NCBI GenBank assembly: GCA_008690995.1
Contig: VRMN01000006.1
Location: forward strand, 868,001 to 932,000
Length of the DNA stretch: 64,000 nucleotides
Reading direction: 5' to 3'
Origin: Porphyridium purpureum
Lineage: Eukaryota
Shown one piece after another: positions 46,072 through 56,329 of the stretch. The translations under genes and the position numbers were made by a program. Position 1 is the stretch's first letter. Each line of letters opens with the position of its first letter. The notes beneath the pieces are model-generated. The model was given only the letters and a program-made list of their open reading frames with translations, was not told the DNA's origin and searched no databases.

Positions 46072-47216
46072 CGGTCCCAAGAAGCCCCATCATTTTCTGT
46101 GACCGAAATCCGTCCGCATTGAGTGCACAAAACATTTGTTCCCTGCTTGAGCTGTAGTTTTGCCGATCCTTCTGGCAGTGGCATATCGATACAGTGTCAC
46201 ATTCGTGGGAGAGCTGCTAGGTCTGGGTACACCCGTTGGCGCTAAGGCGGCGGGCAGAGCACTCGTCTGATGCACTGTCCAATACATTGTCACACAAGGC
46301 GTGCGCTCGCGCGTAAGCTGGCACAGCACAGAGCGCCTTTGGATGAATTTGTCAAGCATGTATGCACACGGCTGATGCGTGCCATCTGATAAGGCTTTGA
46401 TGCTGACTTTGTGCGTTCATTTACTGCGAAACACGAGCATGTTGTCAGCGTGCGGGCGCGGGGTGGACGGCGCTATTGCGTGCGACAGTGCGGATGAACA
46501 CTCTGTGTATGTGACAATTTTTCGAACAACTTGATGCAGGCGTCAAAGCCGTGTCCGGAGATAGAATTACGGCGCTTCACTTTATGAGAAGCGCGCTGCA
46601 TGCTCAAATGCGGGCCGAGTTGAAAATTCGATCCCATAGCTGTTTATTATTTCGTGGCACGCGAGTCGATTGTGCGAACACGCTCGCCTCCGGGTCATTT
46701 GATGAGGTCGACTCGCACGTGCAGCCGCTCACATGTCTTCTCCTGCGACATGCTACCATTTCTGGTATTCTCTGACGCAGATAGCAATCGCCACGTCCGA
46801 GGTGCCTTCTGAGAGTCCACACTTGCGCGTATGCTGCATCGACAGACCCATGCGACCCATTCGGACAGAGTGTAACGCAGAGGATTTGCCGATTCTAAAG
46901 CAGCGACCTCATGAGCAATGGCCCACAGCACGAAACATTCAGTGCTTCGTGAAGGAGCCTGCGACGCACGGTGGCTGTGTGAAACTCGTCGGCTTCTCCG
47001 CGTCGAATGCGAGAAGTTCCCATATTGAGCACGAGGCCGAAACTTGCGACGCGCGCCGCAGTCATGCGACAAAAACATGATAGTTTCTTTCCAGACGAAA
47101 TTGGCTAAGTTACAGAGCCCTTGGAAAACAAGAGATCGAAAACAGGCAGACTTTGGCATCGCACAGCCGCACATTTGCAGAGAAGGCAACCGGCGAACAT
47201 CACTGATCTCTTTTGT

Positions 47217-49031
47217 TTACATAAGCGTGTACTTTGGGCCGTCACCGCCTTCAGGAACGGTCCATTGGATGTTCTGTGTCGGGTCCTTGACGTCACACGC
47301 TTTGCAATGAAGACAGTTCTGTGCGTTGATCACAAGTTGGTCGTCCACGTACTCATAAACTTTGGCCGGGCAGTATTTGCTCTCCGGGCCAGCATACTTT
47401 GGTAGATTCACCCTTTGCGGCACACTGGGGTCTCGCAGGCGCAGATGCGGCTGTTCGTCGTGATCGTGATAAGTGCCCGAAAGCGCAACGCTGCTGAGAA
47501 TGTCCAAAACGGCGGGATTACCTTCGCCCGGCTTGGGATACGCCGGCGATTCACATTCTGACGCATCCCGCAGCACCGTGTGGTCCGGCGGTGCGTGCTG
47601 CAACGTCCACGGCGCTCGACCGCGTGAAATGTAGGACTCAAAGGCCGCGTTTGCGAGCCCGGCCCACAGGCCGTACTTGAATCCGGGCCGGATATTCCGA
47701 ACGGTCTCCAATTCCTCCATGATCCACGACGCCTTGACCGCGCTTGGATAATGCGCCATGCTCCCGCGGGCATCAGACGACAGCGATTCGAACGCCGTCT
47801 CGGCGGCAAGCATTCCACTCTTCATAGCCGTGTGCGTGCCCTTGATCTTGGGCACGTTGAGAAACCCAGCAGCGCATCCGATAAGCGCACCTCCAGGAAA
47901 GTCGAGTCGTGGAATGCTCTGCACGCCCCCTTCATTGAGCACCCGAGCTCCATACTGCAGGCACTCGGCGTCTTCAAAATATTTGTGCATGGACGGGTGT
48001 GTTTTCCACTTTTGAAACTCGCTGTGCGCTACGGTGTGCGGATTGTGGTAGTCCAATGCGAGCACAAATCCGACAGCCATGCGGCACTGCGGTGTCGTAG
48101 CGTCGTCATCATCTGCGAGGTGATACATAAATGAGCCACCGTACGTACTACTGTCTAGCGGCCAGCCCACAGAGTGCATGCATAGTCCTGGCTGATGCAC
48201 CTCGGGTCGAACGCGCCAAACCTCCTTGAGCCCCAGCGCGTATGTCTGGTGGCTGCACTTGTCGCGTAGACCAAAATGCGCCTCTGCTGCCTGTGTCAGC
48301 GAACCGCGCGCACCTTCCGCAAGCAGTGTGAGCCGGGCCTTGACCGCTGCGCCGCGCTGGAACGTCATCTTTTGCGAGCCGTCCTTTGCTATGCCCATAT
48401 CCTTCAGCGCCACACCCACCACGCGGCGCGATGCAGCCGTGCCATCGGTTGCGTCATCCTCGATAAGCAGCTCATCGCACGCAAAGCCGGGAAAGATATC
48501 CACCTGCATGTGCTGCTCTGCGTATGCCGCCATCCAGCGCGTGAGTTGCGAGAGCGAGAGCATCACATTCTTGCCCTTGTTGTGCATCTGCGGCGGTGTG
48601 AGTGGTGACTGCACGGCGTGCCGCTCAGTGAACAAGTAAAAGCGGTCGTCCGTGACTGGCGTAAGTGTAGGCGGGCGCGGGTCATTCATGCGCTGCCAGT
48701 CGGGCAGCAACTCATCCAGTGCGCGGGGCTCGAGCACGCAGCCTGACAGAATATGCGCTCCCACCTCTGTGCCCTTCTCCAGCACGCACACGCTGAGATC
48801 CTTACCGGACGCCGCGCACAGCTGCCGCAGGCGAATCGCTGCCGCCAGTCCCGCGGGCCCAGCACCCACAATGGCCACATCATACTCGAGCTCGTCTCGC
48901 GGCGGCAGCGCTGCGCCTGCGCACATGCGCCGAACCGGGGCACTCTGTGTTGCGGCTACGCATCTGCGCGCGTGCGCATTGGTCACGCTCCACCACTGTC
49001 GAGCGCATGAATGCGCGACCCGCAACATCAT
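47217..49031 (-). CDS. ETFDH: electron-transfer flavoprotein-ubiquinone oxidoreductase
   Basis: 'DVAIVGAGPAGLAAAIRL', 'GAHILSG', 'KIKGTHTAMKSG', Fe-S 'YCPA...NAQNCLHCKACD'; mitochondrial presequence. Confidence 0.97.
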   Translation of the reverse strand: MMLRVAHSCARQWWSVTNAHARRCVAATQSAPVRRMCAGAALPPRDELEYDVAIVGAGPAGLAAAIRLRQLCAASGKDLSVCVLEKGTEVGAHILSGCVLEPRALDELLPDWQRMNDPRPPTLTPVTDDRFYLFTERHAVQSPLTPPQMHNKGKNVMLSLSQLTRWMAAYAEQHMQVDIFPGFACDELLIEDDATDGTAASRRVVGVALKDMGIAKDGSQKMTFQRGAAVKARLTLLAEGARGSLTQAAEAHFGLRDKCSHQTYALGLKEVWRVRPEVHQPGLCMHSVGWPLDSSTYGGSFMYHLADDDDATTPQCRMAVGFVLALDYHNPHTVAHSEFQKWKTHPSMHKYFEDAECLQYGARVLNEGGVQSIPRLDFPGGALIGCAAGFLNVPKIKGTHTAMKSGMLAAETAFESLSSDARGSMAHYPSAVKASWIMEELETVRNIRPGFKYGLWAGLANAAFESYISRGRAPWTLQHAPPDHTVLRDASECESPAYPKPGEGNPAVLDILSSVALSGTYHDHDEQPHLRLRDPSVPQRVNLPKYAGPESKYCPAKVYEYVDDQLVINAQNCLHCKACDVKDPTQNIQWTVPEGGDGPKYTLM

Positions 49032-49111
49032 GCCGCTCTCTCTCGCCGTCTCAATGCGACCACGCGTTCGTCCGTCCTCGTGCCGGCGCTCCATTTGTTG
49101 CGCCGATAACG

Positions 49112-49160
49112 AAACGGTTTACGCCATTAAACCGTTGAACCGTTAAACCGAACCGGTTTC
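49112..49160. promoter_or_regulatory. AACGG/CCGTT motif cluster in the bidirectional ETFDH/PNPase promoter
   Basis: aaacggttt...aaaccgttgaaccgttaaaccgaaccggttt in a ~195-bp intergenic region. Confidence 0.5.
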
Positions 49161-49225
49161 GCCGGGTTTGGCTGCACGTGCGTGCCCGCCGTGACGTGCG
49201 ATCGAATGTGGATGAGACCTCTTCG

Positions 49226-51892
49226 ATGAGAGCGCGCAAGCTGTGCGTAGCGCACGTGCTGCGCCGTTTCGCGGGCAGCACGGCGGCGGCGGCGCGGTGG
49301 CCCGCGCGGCTGCGTGTGGAGAGCGGCGCAGCATGGGCGCCGCAGGCACAAGGCGCGGCAGTGGCCTCGTACCTGGGATGCAAAGTGCTTGCGTGTGTGT
49401 GCACCGCACCGGCGGGCGTCTTGGGCAATGATCTACTGGTTCACTTGCACTTTGCTGGCGCTGCGCACGGGCAGTATGTGGCACCGCATCACAGCGCGGC
49501 AGCAACACACGCGGAGATGCATCTTGCGCGGCTGGTAGATCGTGCCCTGCGTCCTGTCCTGCAGCCGGGCGACTCGCCGCGCACGCATTTTAGTGACGCC
49601 ACGCCAAAAGGCGTGCAACTAGATTGTCTGGTGCTGAGTGATACTGGTGCCCACGCGCATGGTAGCGGATCGCTTGGCACTGGCGCGCATTTACGCGCAG
49701 TTCCTGCAGCGATTCATGCCGCTTCGTCTGCGCTCATCCGGGCCGGGCTGCTCGAGCGCGAGCATCTCGTTGGTGCGACACATGTCGTGTTGAGCAAGAA
49801 AGGTCAGGAGCTGGAACCTAACAGTAGTATCGGTGTGCACCATGAACTGCTGCTGGCATGCACGCGCAAAGGCGGGGTGAGCATGATCGATTTCCAGAGC
49901 AAGAGTGAGCTTCCACAGGATCAGTTTTTCAACGCGTGCGCGCGCGCGAGTACACATATTAAGGACGTATTACTCCCCTTACACGAACAACAACTTGCAT
50001 CGGATCTTAAAGCAGTGCCAGCCAACTTTCGAGATGATGCAAATACTGCATCGGCAGAGCAGAAGACGGCTGAGCGGGCTGAGCATGTGCGCATCTCGAT
50101 CGCAGATCTATTGGAGGAGACGTTTGCTCCGTGGTTTGAGCCAGACGCGCGGGCCACGGCAAGTGCGGCGCGCAAAAGCCCGGATGAAGACGGTAACGAA
50201 AACAATAGGGAGGATCAAGAGGACGAAACTACCATTCTAAATGCTCCCATTGAATTGCGTGCGCGTAGGCGGAGTGCTGAGCAGGAATTGGAAAAGCGCG
50301 CGCTTGCGCGGCTCGCTAAATCCAGCGACGATCCTTCTGGTGCAATGTTGGTGGACAGTACGGTGGAAAAACCCGGGCCTCTTATTCGGTTTGCACTGCG
50401 CGAGTACCTGCGCCGTAAAATTGTGACGACGCAACGACGCTTGGACGGACGTGCGCTAGATGAACTGCGCGCCGTGCGAGCGCAGCGCGCTGTGCTAGAT
50501 GCACGAGGCGTACATGGCAGCTGCCTGTTCAGGCGCGGCGGAACACAGGTTTTGGCCCGCTGCACGATCGGGCTGCTGGAGAATAGCGGACGGCGTGCGC
50601 GTAAAGGCAGTCATGAACACATTGCGGCGCAACACCGCCACGGCTCGCAGCTCCATGTCAGTTATGCGTTCCCTGATTTTGCCAAGGGCGCCACGTCGTC
50701 GCCAGGCGCCATCTCAGCAGACGGCCCGGTTCCGCGCCCGCCGAATCGGCGCGAGGTGGGGCACGGTTTGCTGATAGAGGCGGCCTTGCGTGGGTCGGTT
50801 CTCATGACGGATGAGCCCCTGAGCCTGATTGAGCCCAATCTCAGTGTCGCCGATTTTCTGGAATCCTTCCCCTACCGGGTGCGCTGCGACGTGACCACGC
50901 TGAGCAGTGATGGCTCAAGCTCGATGGCCGCTGTTTGCGCAGCGTCACTGGCCATGCGAGACGCCGGCGTGCCACTTGAATCGCTCCGCGCCGGTGTCGC
51001 CATGGGCTGTATTGTCGAAGGCGCTTCGACCACGATTCTGGCCGATATTACGGGCCAAGAAGACTGGCTGAGCGACATGGACATGAAGCTGTGCGGTGGG
51101 GTGCGCGGCGTATCGGCCTGCATGCTGAGCTCGCGGCCGCGCGGATGTATACCTTTAGAAGCGCTGCAGGGCGCCGTTGAACAAGGTCACGCACAGCTGC
51201 GCGTACTTTTGGAGCGCATGGAGCCGCATACGCACGAAAAATCCGAGACCATTGAACTCAATCCACGCGCTCCACGCGTAGGTATCGTGCCTATCGAGCC
51301 CATGTTTATGCCGCTGTTGCGCGAGCAGCAGGGCCTTCCACTCGCGCGAATCGAGCTTCAGTCCGAATCGGCGTTCACGCTGCTGCCATTCTCGGCACAC
51401 GTGATGATCGAGTCACCGTCGCTTGCCGCGTACGAGCGTGACGTCGCTCGCCTGCGCCGCTTTCTGGGCGACGTGGAGGTCGGAAATGAGTTTGCCGGCC
51501 GCGTGCGTCGCGCGGAGACATACGGGTATATGATCGAGCTTTTCGAAGGCCGCCTCGGCTTCTTGCATATTTCCAAGCTCAAGCACGAGCTCGAACCGCT
51601 GAAGGAGAGCGAGCAGGTCACCGTGCGTGTCATCCAGTATGACAAGCACCGCGGGCTGATTGACTTGGACCTAGTGCGACGGGGCGACACGGCAACAGAC
51701 GCTTTGGACGCAATGGTACCAGCGGAAACCGACGAGGCAGAATTCAGTGAGTGGTCGAGCACGAGCAGTGACGCTAGCAGCGACTCTGACAGCACGATGA
51801 TCATGCAGATGGACTCTGACAGCACCGAGGATGAGTGGCCATGGGACGCGAAAATGAGCAAGAGGACGAAGGAATTCTTGGACGATGAGTGA
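49226..51892 (+). CDS. PNP: polyribonucleotide nucleotidyltransferase (organellar PNPase, divergent)
   Basis: 'RLDGR', 'HGSCLFRRGGTQ', 'RREVGHG', 'SDGSSSMA', 'DITGQEDWLSDMDMK', KH-like and S1 ('GFLHISKL') domains. Confidence 0.92.
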   Translation: MRARKLCVAHVLRRFAGSTAAAARWPARLRVESGAAWAPQAQGAAVASYLGCKVLACVCTAPAGVLGNDLLVHLHFAGAAHGQYVAPHHSAAATHAEMHLARLVDRALRPVLQPGDSPRTHFSDATPKGVQLDCLVLSDTGAHAHGSGSLGTGAHLRAVPAAIHAASSALIRAGLLEREHLVGATHVVLSKKGQELEPNSSIGVHHELLLACTRKGGVSMIDFQSKSELPQDQFFNACARASTHIKDVLLPLHEQQLASDLKAVPANFRDDANTASAEQKTAERAEHVRISIADLLEETFAPWFEPDARATASAARKSPDEDGNENNREDQEDETTILNAPIELRARRRSAEQELEKRALARLAKSSDDPSGAMLVDSTVEKPGPLIRFALREYLRRKIVTTQRRLDGRALDELRAVRAQRAVLDARGVHGSCLFRRGGTQVLARCTIGLLENSGRRARKGSHEHIAAQHRHGSQLHVSYAFPDFAKGATSSPGAISADGPVPRPPNRREVGHGLLIEAALRGSVLMTDEPLSLIEPNLSVADFLESFPYRVRCDVTTLSSDGSSSMAAVCAASLAMRDAGVPLESLRAGVAMGCIVEGASTTILADITGQEDWLSDMDMKLCGGVRGVSACMLSSRPRGCIPLEALQGAVEQGHAQLRVLLERMEPHTHEKSETIELNPRAPRVGIVPIEPMFMPLLREQQGLPLARIELQSESAFTLLPFSAHVMIESPSLAAYERDVARLRRFLGDVEVGNEFAGRVRRAETYGYMIELFEGRLGFLHISKLKHELEPLKESEQVTVRVIQYDKHRGLIDLDLVRRGDTATDALDAMVPAETDEAEFSEWSSTSSDASSDSDSTMIMQMDSDSTEDEWPWDAKMSKRTKEFLDDE

Positions 51893-51939
51893 AGCATAGA
51901 GAGTGGGATGAAAACGGTATCATCGAAAACGACAACATC

Positions 51940-51940
<1 letters not shown>

Positions 51941-51973
<33 letters not shown>

Positions 51974-51982
51974 GCGGCAGCG
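51941..51982. repeat. (CAG)n trinucleotide repeat between convergent genes
   Basis: Seen directly. Confidence 0.9.
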
Positions 51983-52109
51983 ATGATTTGGATCTCTGAG
52001 CAAGGTCTTTACTGTAGATTATTGTGACTGTGGAAAACACGAATACTCATATCAAAGCCGTGCCGTTCTTCCCCACCGCGATCGTGCTCAGTGCGGACGA
52101 CAGAGACGC

Positions 52110-52463
52110 CTAGAACGTCATGAGGTGCGGCTCCTTATTAGGATGACTGTTATCATAGATGGCGCGCATCTGGCAAATGATGCATGGGATGCAGAAGCAG
52201 AACTGGAAGCACTGCACCAAGTAATTAGTGGGTTCGACCATGGCCTGCTGGTTGACGCGGTTGCGCGTGACGGACATCACGTAGCAGCTGACGTACGGAA
52301 TCATCCCTAAGATTGCGTACAAAATGCACTTGCCGGACACGCACGGCTTCTCCTCGCCGGTCGCAGCGGCGTGCACCTCGCCGTACGCGCACGGCAGGCA
52401 GAACGCGGTGTACACTGCGTTCTTGGGGTGCGAGCAGCACCCAAACAGCCCGGGTGCGTCCAT
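52110..52463 (-). CDS. PLAC8-family Cys-rich membrane protein
   Basis: 'GLFGCC...FCLPCAYG...FCFCIPCIICQM'. Confidence 0.9.
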   Translation of the reverse strand: MDAPGLFGCCSHPKNAVYTAFCLPCAYGEVHAAATGEEKPCVSGKCILYAILGMIPYVSCYVMSVTRNRVNQQAMVEPTNYLVQCFQFCFCIPCIICQMRAIYDNSHPNKEPHLMTF

Positions 52464-52639
52464 ATCGCCCGTCTTCTCGCGCGCCTCGCACCGCTCCGCT
52501 ATGTACCTCCTCCGATCCCTTGCGCGCTGTCTCTCTACCTCACTCTCTCACACTCTCTCACACTCTTCCTTCACCATGCCAGCTAGTCGGCTGGTAGGCC
52601 GCACTTCCCAGTCAACTCGTCGCTGCAACTGCGCGGCTC

Positions 52640-54193
52640 GTGCGACTCGGCAACGTGGAAGCGCGCGCGCGCAACCGCGGAACCCTAATAGGTACAGTGA
52701 CGGTGTACCGCGGCTGCGGAGACGCGAGCGGCACGCGGCTGTTGCGCCCAAACGCGCCGCTGCGTCTGGGCGCGCCGCGGCTCGCGACGGTCACACGCGG
52801 TTGGTCTGGCGTGCTCGTACGAGCACACGCGCTCTCGCTGAGGACGCAAGTTGGCGCGACGGCGCTTTGCGCGTCAAGCCGTTTCTTTCTCCAGGCAGCT
52901 TTTGCCTTTTCCTTTTTTGGGTTGGCTCGGCACAGGGCAGTGCTGGGTCTGGGCGGCCAGCGCAGCTCAGGATACATTTGCCAGATGGAGAACGTGAGCT
53001 TGCCCGGGGACCGGCTGATCATGGCCGTGTCCTCGAAGACAGACGCACACGTGCAAGCCTGGCTGATGCAACCACAGGTCCAGGCATTCCTCGCGCAGCT
53101 GTGCGCGTACGCGTACGGTGTCGCGCTGATGGTGTGGCTAGTTCAAGACGGGCAGCGGGTAGGCGAGATGCTGAACGGCACGCGTGGACACAGTCAGTTG
53201 GCCCACAAGCTGCGCTTCTGGTTCTGTGCCGCACTGCTAGTTCTGTGCGTTGAGATGATCGATGTCGAGCAGGCATTGGCGGCGGGGGCCTTCGTGTACG
53301 CACCAATACTTGCGCTACTTGGCTTGTTGCGCTACAGCGCAATCGCCTTGCACCGTGCTTCTGTACAAGTGGAGACTCTGGTCTTGTGTTTTGAACCAGA
53401 CATCAAGGCACTGCTTGCGCAGCTCAAAGCCCATTACGCGCTGCTGCGCCAGGCGTGCCACGAAATGAGCATTCAGGCCCTGATGTTTCTGGCAACAAGC
53501 ACAATGGACGCGGCGCAAGATGCACAGCGCAGTGCGCAACAGCTCAACGTACTCACTACGGTGCTGCAACAGAGTGATCCGCTTGACGAGCTGGAACATG
53601 AAGTTGCACCATCCGCGTCTGGCATAGTTGCCCGGGATCAGCGCGATGGTCAAACTGAGAACAACAGCGATGGCAAAGCGCATCGCGGACGTGTGCATGC
53701 AGCACAGCATGCGCCTGCATCTGGAACAGGCGGACGTGAAGGAGAGCGCGGCCTGGCAAATACACCGGTTTTGGCATCACCGCCGCGCTTCTTCACCGGC
53801 GGACTGGGACTGCAACGCGCACGATCAGCCTCGGACGCCAGAGCTCTTCGCGGCAAATCACAGGTCTTCCTGTCATGTGATGCGCGCTTGCAAACGGTGA
53901 CGTCATCGAAGAGTCGTCTCGACCACTCTACCACGGCAACCGCTCGTCGTGAGTCAGCCGCATCGCTACGGAGCATACGTGGCGCATTAGAGCGGGAGAT
54001 GGTTCATGCCGGAGACTTTGACACAAGACAAAGCCACTCTAGTGGATCCAGCTCGCGGCTACCAACATCTCGAAAGTATGAGCGCATCCGAGCGCTTCGC
54101 GCAGAACTGCTGCAGGCCAGTAGACTACGCGGACAGGAACATCAACGGGCACACGCAAATCCTCGAGAGCTATCATTTTCATCTCAATTGTGA
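52640..54193 (+). CDS. hypothetical membrane protein (start uncertain)
   Basis: Long ORF with 3-4 hydrophobic segments and a disordered C-terminus; the true ATG may be 52985. Confidence 0.6.
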   Translation: MRLGNVEARARNRGTLIGTVTVYRGCGDASGTRLLRPNAPLRLGAPRLATVTRGWSGVLVRAHALSLRTQVGATALCASSRFFLQAAFAFSFFGLARHRAVLGLGGQRSSGYICQMENVSLPGDRLIMAVSSKTDAHVQAWLMQPQVQAFLAQLCAYAYGVALMVWLVQDGQRVGEMLNGTRGHSQLAHKLRFWFCAALLVLCVEMIDVEQALAAGAFVYAPILALLGLLRYSAIALHRASVQVETLVLCFEPDIKALLAQLKAHYALLRQACHEMSIQALMFLATSTMDAAQDAQRSAQQLNVLTTVLQQSDPLDELEHEVAPSASGIVARDQRDGQTENNSDGKAHRGRVHAAQHAPASGTGGREGERGLANTPVLASPPRFFTGGLGLQRARSASDARALRGKSQVFLSCDARLQTVTSSKSRLDHSTTATARRESAASLRSIRGALEREMVHAGDFDTRQSHSSGSSSRLPTSRKYERIRALRAELLQASRLRGQEHQRAHANPRELSFSSQL

Positions 54194-54406
54194 CTAGAAC
54201 TAATGTTGCACGCCCTGGTCTGGCAGGCGCTAGATTTAAACTGTTGTGGAAGAAAAGGAATTCGGGCTGGGCAGACTTTGTGAAGTGGGTACCAAGCAAT
54301 GGCATAGGCGGCCCGGGAAACCCAAGGGTCAAGCACGGGCATCCTACGAACGTGCATACGAGAAAAACACCCCACCCGCAAGCGCACATCGCTCTTCCAT
54401 GCCTCT

Positions 54407-56329
54407 TCAGAGCTCAGAGAAGATGCTCGTAAAGATACGGAAGATGTCACCCGCCACATAGTCGTTATCGACTATGTTTATGAGATAATAAGTGTCGTGG
54501 ATCTGCTGCAGCACCTGCCGTGCAGGCGAACTGTCTGGCGTGCAGCTTGCCCAAACCTGGGTCCAGATATCGAAGGCTTCTTCACGCCACGCCTTGAATG
54601 CCGTCGGATCAACGACTGTGGGCTGCACGAGTTCCGCGTCCGGAAAGACGCCCCACGTGACCGCGTTGGCACGGCTGCTGCGTGTATCACTGACATTGGA
54701 GCGGATGGGCGCACTAAGGTCGGCGCGCGCGGCGTACATGCTAAGACTTGGAAACGCAGACGCGTGCGCGAACAGAGCATCCACAATCTTCTCAGACGCA
54801 AAGAATTCCAGGTACGCCTTTTGGTAAACAAAGCCATGCTTGTCGCCCCAGCCAAAGCATTTGTCTGAAGAGGGTGCACCGTTGACACGCGGCTGCGAGT
54901 TGATGGTGAGAACGCCGTGCTTATTTAGCCACTTGAGTGGGCCCTGAATCGTGCCAGTCTCTGGACTCAGCACGTCGCTCTCCGTCCACGGCAGCCGCTT
55001 GATGTTCCCCTCAAGGAAGCGTACGAACACTTCCTCAACATCCGCCACGCTGCGTGGCTCACCCCACATCTGCAATTGGGCCTGCTTCAATTCGGGCGTC
55101 ACACCACCGCTGCCTGCCAGGTGGTGGTGCGAAATGTCACCAAAGGCCGGGCTCTCGCTGACACCCCAGCGGCCGTTCGGAAAATTATCCCATTCCGACG
55201 TGCGCTTAATGTACGACTTTGGCCGGTTGCTCCAGAAGATTGGACGCACATCCTCCGTGCCGCGGCGCTTCTCGGACGCTGTGCTAGGCCGCCACGGTAG
55301 TGCGCGGATCGCCTCGGTCATTGGCACCAGGTGCAGCCGCTCGACGATCGACAGCACTGATTTTTCCAAATTAAGAGTGTAAAAGTGCAGACCCAGCACA
55401 AGCTTGGACGCGATCATGCGCTTGCACATTTCCACGCCCAAGGTAATCCCGTACTCTTTGACCGCCGCCTCGTCGTCCTTGAGCTCTTCCATGCGAGCTT
55501 CCACCGCCGGCGGAATCATCGTCTTGCAGAAACCCGTCATGCGCTTGAAGCCACCATAATTTTGGATGGGCAGGATACCGGGTAGGATTGGCACATTGAT
55601 ACCAGCGGCACGGCACGAGCTCACCCACTGCAGGAAGTTTTCGACATCGTAGAACATCTGCGTGATGATGAAATCCGCGCCGGCGTCCACCTTGTCCTTC
55701 AGAAAGGCCATTTCCTGCTCGAGCGTGAGTTTCCCGTCCAGATAGCCGCTGGGATGACCCTCTGGGTAGCCAGCCACGCCAATGCTGAAGTAGTCGCCAA
55801 ATTTCTCACGGATGAAGCGGACAAGGTCGGTGGCGTGCTCAAAGCCGTCGTCGCACTTGCTCCACTCCTTGCCTGCGGGCGGGTCGCCCCGAAGCGCCAG
55901 AATGTTCCGGCAGCCACGCGCCTTGGCTCCCTCGAGCCCCATCACGACTTTGCCCGCCGGCATGTTTGTGCACGTCAGGTGCATCATCACGTCCAACCCG
56001 AGAAACTGCTGGATATTTCCCACCAGCTCCAGCGTGAGATCAGATGTGCTGCCGCCCGCGCCCCACGTCATGTCGCAGAACAACGGCTCGTACGCCGCCA
56101 TGCGCTCCACGCGCTCGTACAGATTGGACACGCCGGTATCTGTCTTGGGCGGGAAGTATTCGAATGAGAAGAAGAGCTTCCCCTCCCGCTCGCACTGAGC
56201 GATCTTGTCTGCGATACGCGCCGCAGATGCGCCCTTCTTCGCCACTACAGCTGCGACGGGCGTCGGGCTCCCATTGGCTAGCACCGACGACGCCGAAGAC
56301 GCCACGGCGACCGCGGACAAGCAACTCAT
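54407..56329 (-). CDS. MTHFR: methylenetetrahydrofolate reductase (eukaryotic, with C-terminal regulatory domain)
   Basis: 'SFEYFPPKT', 'HLTCTN', 'LALRGDPP', 'AGYPEGH', 'EDVRPIFW', 'WDNFPNGRWG', 'NAVTWGVFP'. Confidence 0.97.
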   Translation of the reverse strand: MSCLSAVAVASSASSVLANGSPTPVAAVVAKKGASAARIADKIAQCEREGKLFFSFEYFPPKTDTGVSNLYERVERMAAYEPLFCDMTWGAGGSTSDLTLELVGNIQQFLGLDVMMHLTCTNMPAGKVVMGLEGAKARGCRNILALRGDPPAGKEWSKCDDGFEHATDLVRFIREKFGDYFSIGVAGYPEGHPSGYLDGKLTLEQEMAFLKDKVDAGADFIITQMFYDVENFLQWVSSCRAAGINVPILPGILPIQNYGGFKRMTGFCKTMIPPAVEARMEELKDDEAAVKEYGITLGVEMCKRMIASKLVLGLHFYTLNLEKSVLSIVERLHLVPMTEAIRALPWRPSTASEKRRGTEDVRPIFWSNRPKSYIKRTSEWDNFPNGRWGVSESPAFGDISHHHLAGSGGVTPELKQAQLQMWGEPRSVADVEEVFVRFLEGNIKRLPWTESDVLSPETGTIQGPLKWLNKHGVLTINSQPRVNGAPSSDKCFGWGDKHGFVYQKAYLEFFASEKIVDALFAHASAFPSLSMYAARADLSAPIRSNVSDTRSSRANAVTWGVFPDAELVQPTVVDPTAFKAWREEAFDIWTQVWASCTPDSSPARQVLQQIHDTYYLINIVDNDYVAGDIFRIFTSIFSEL

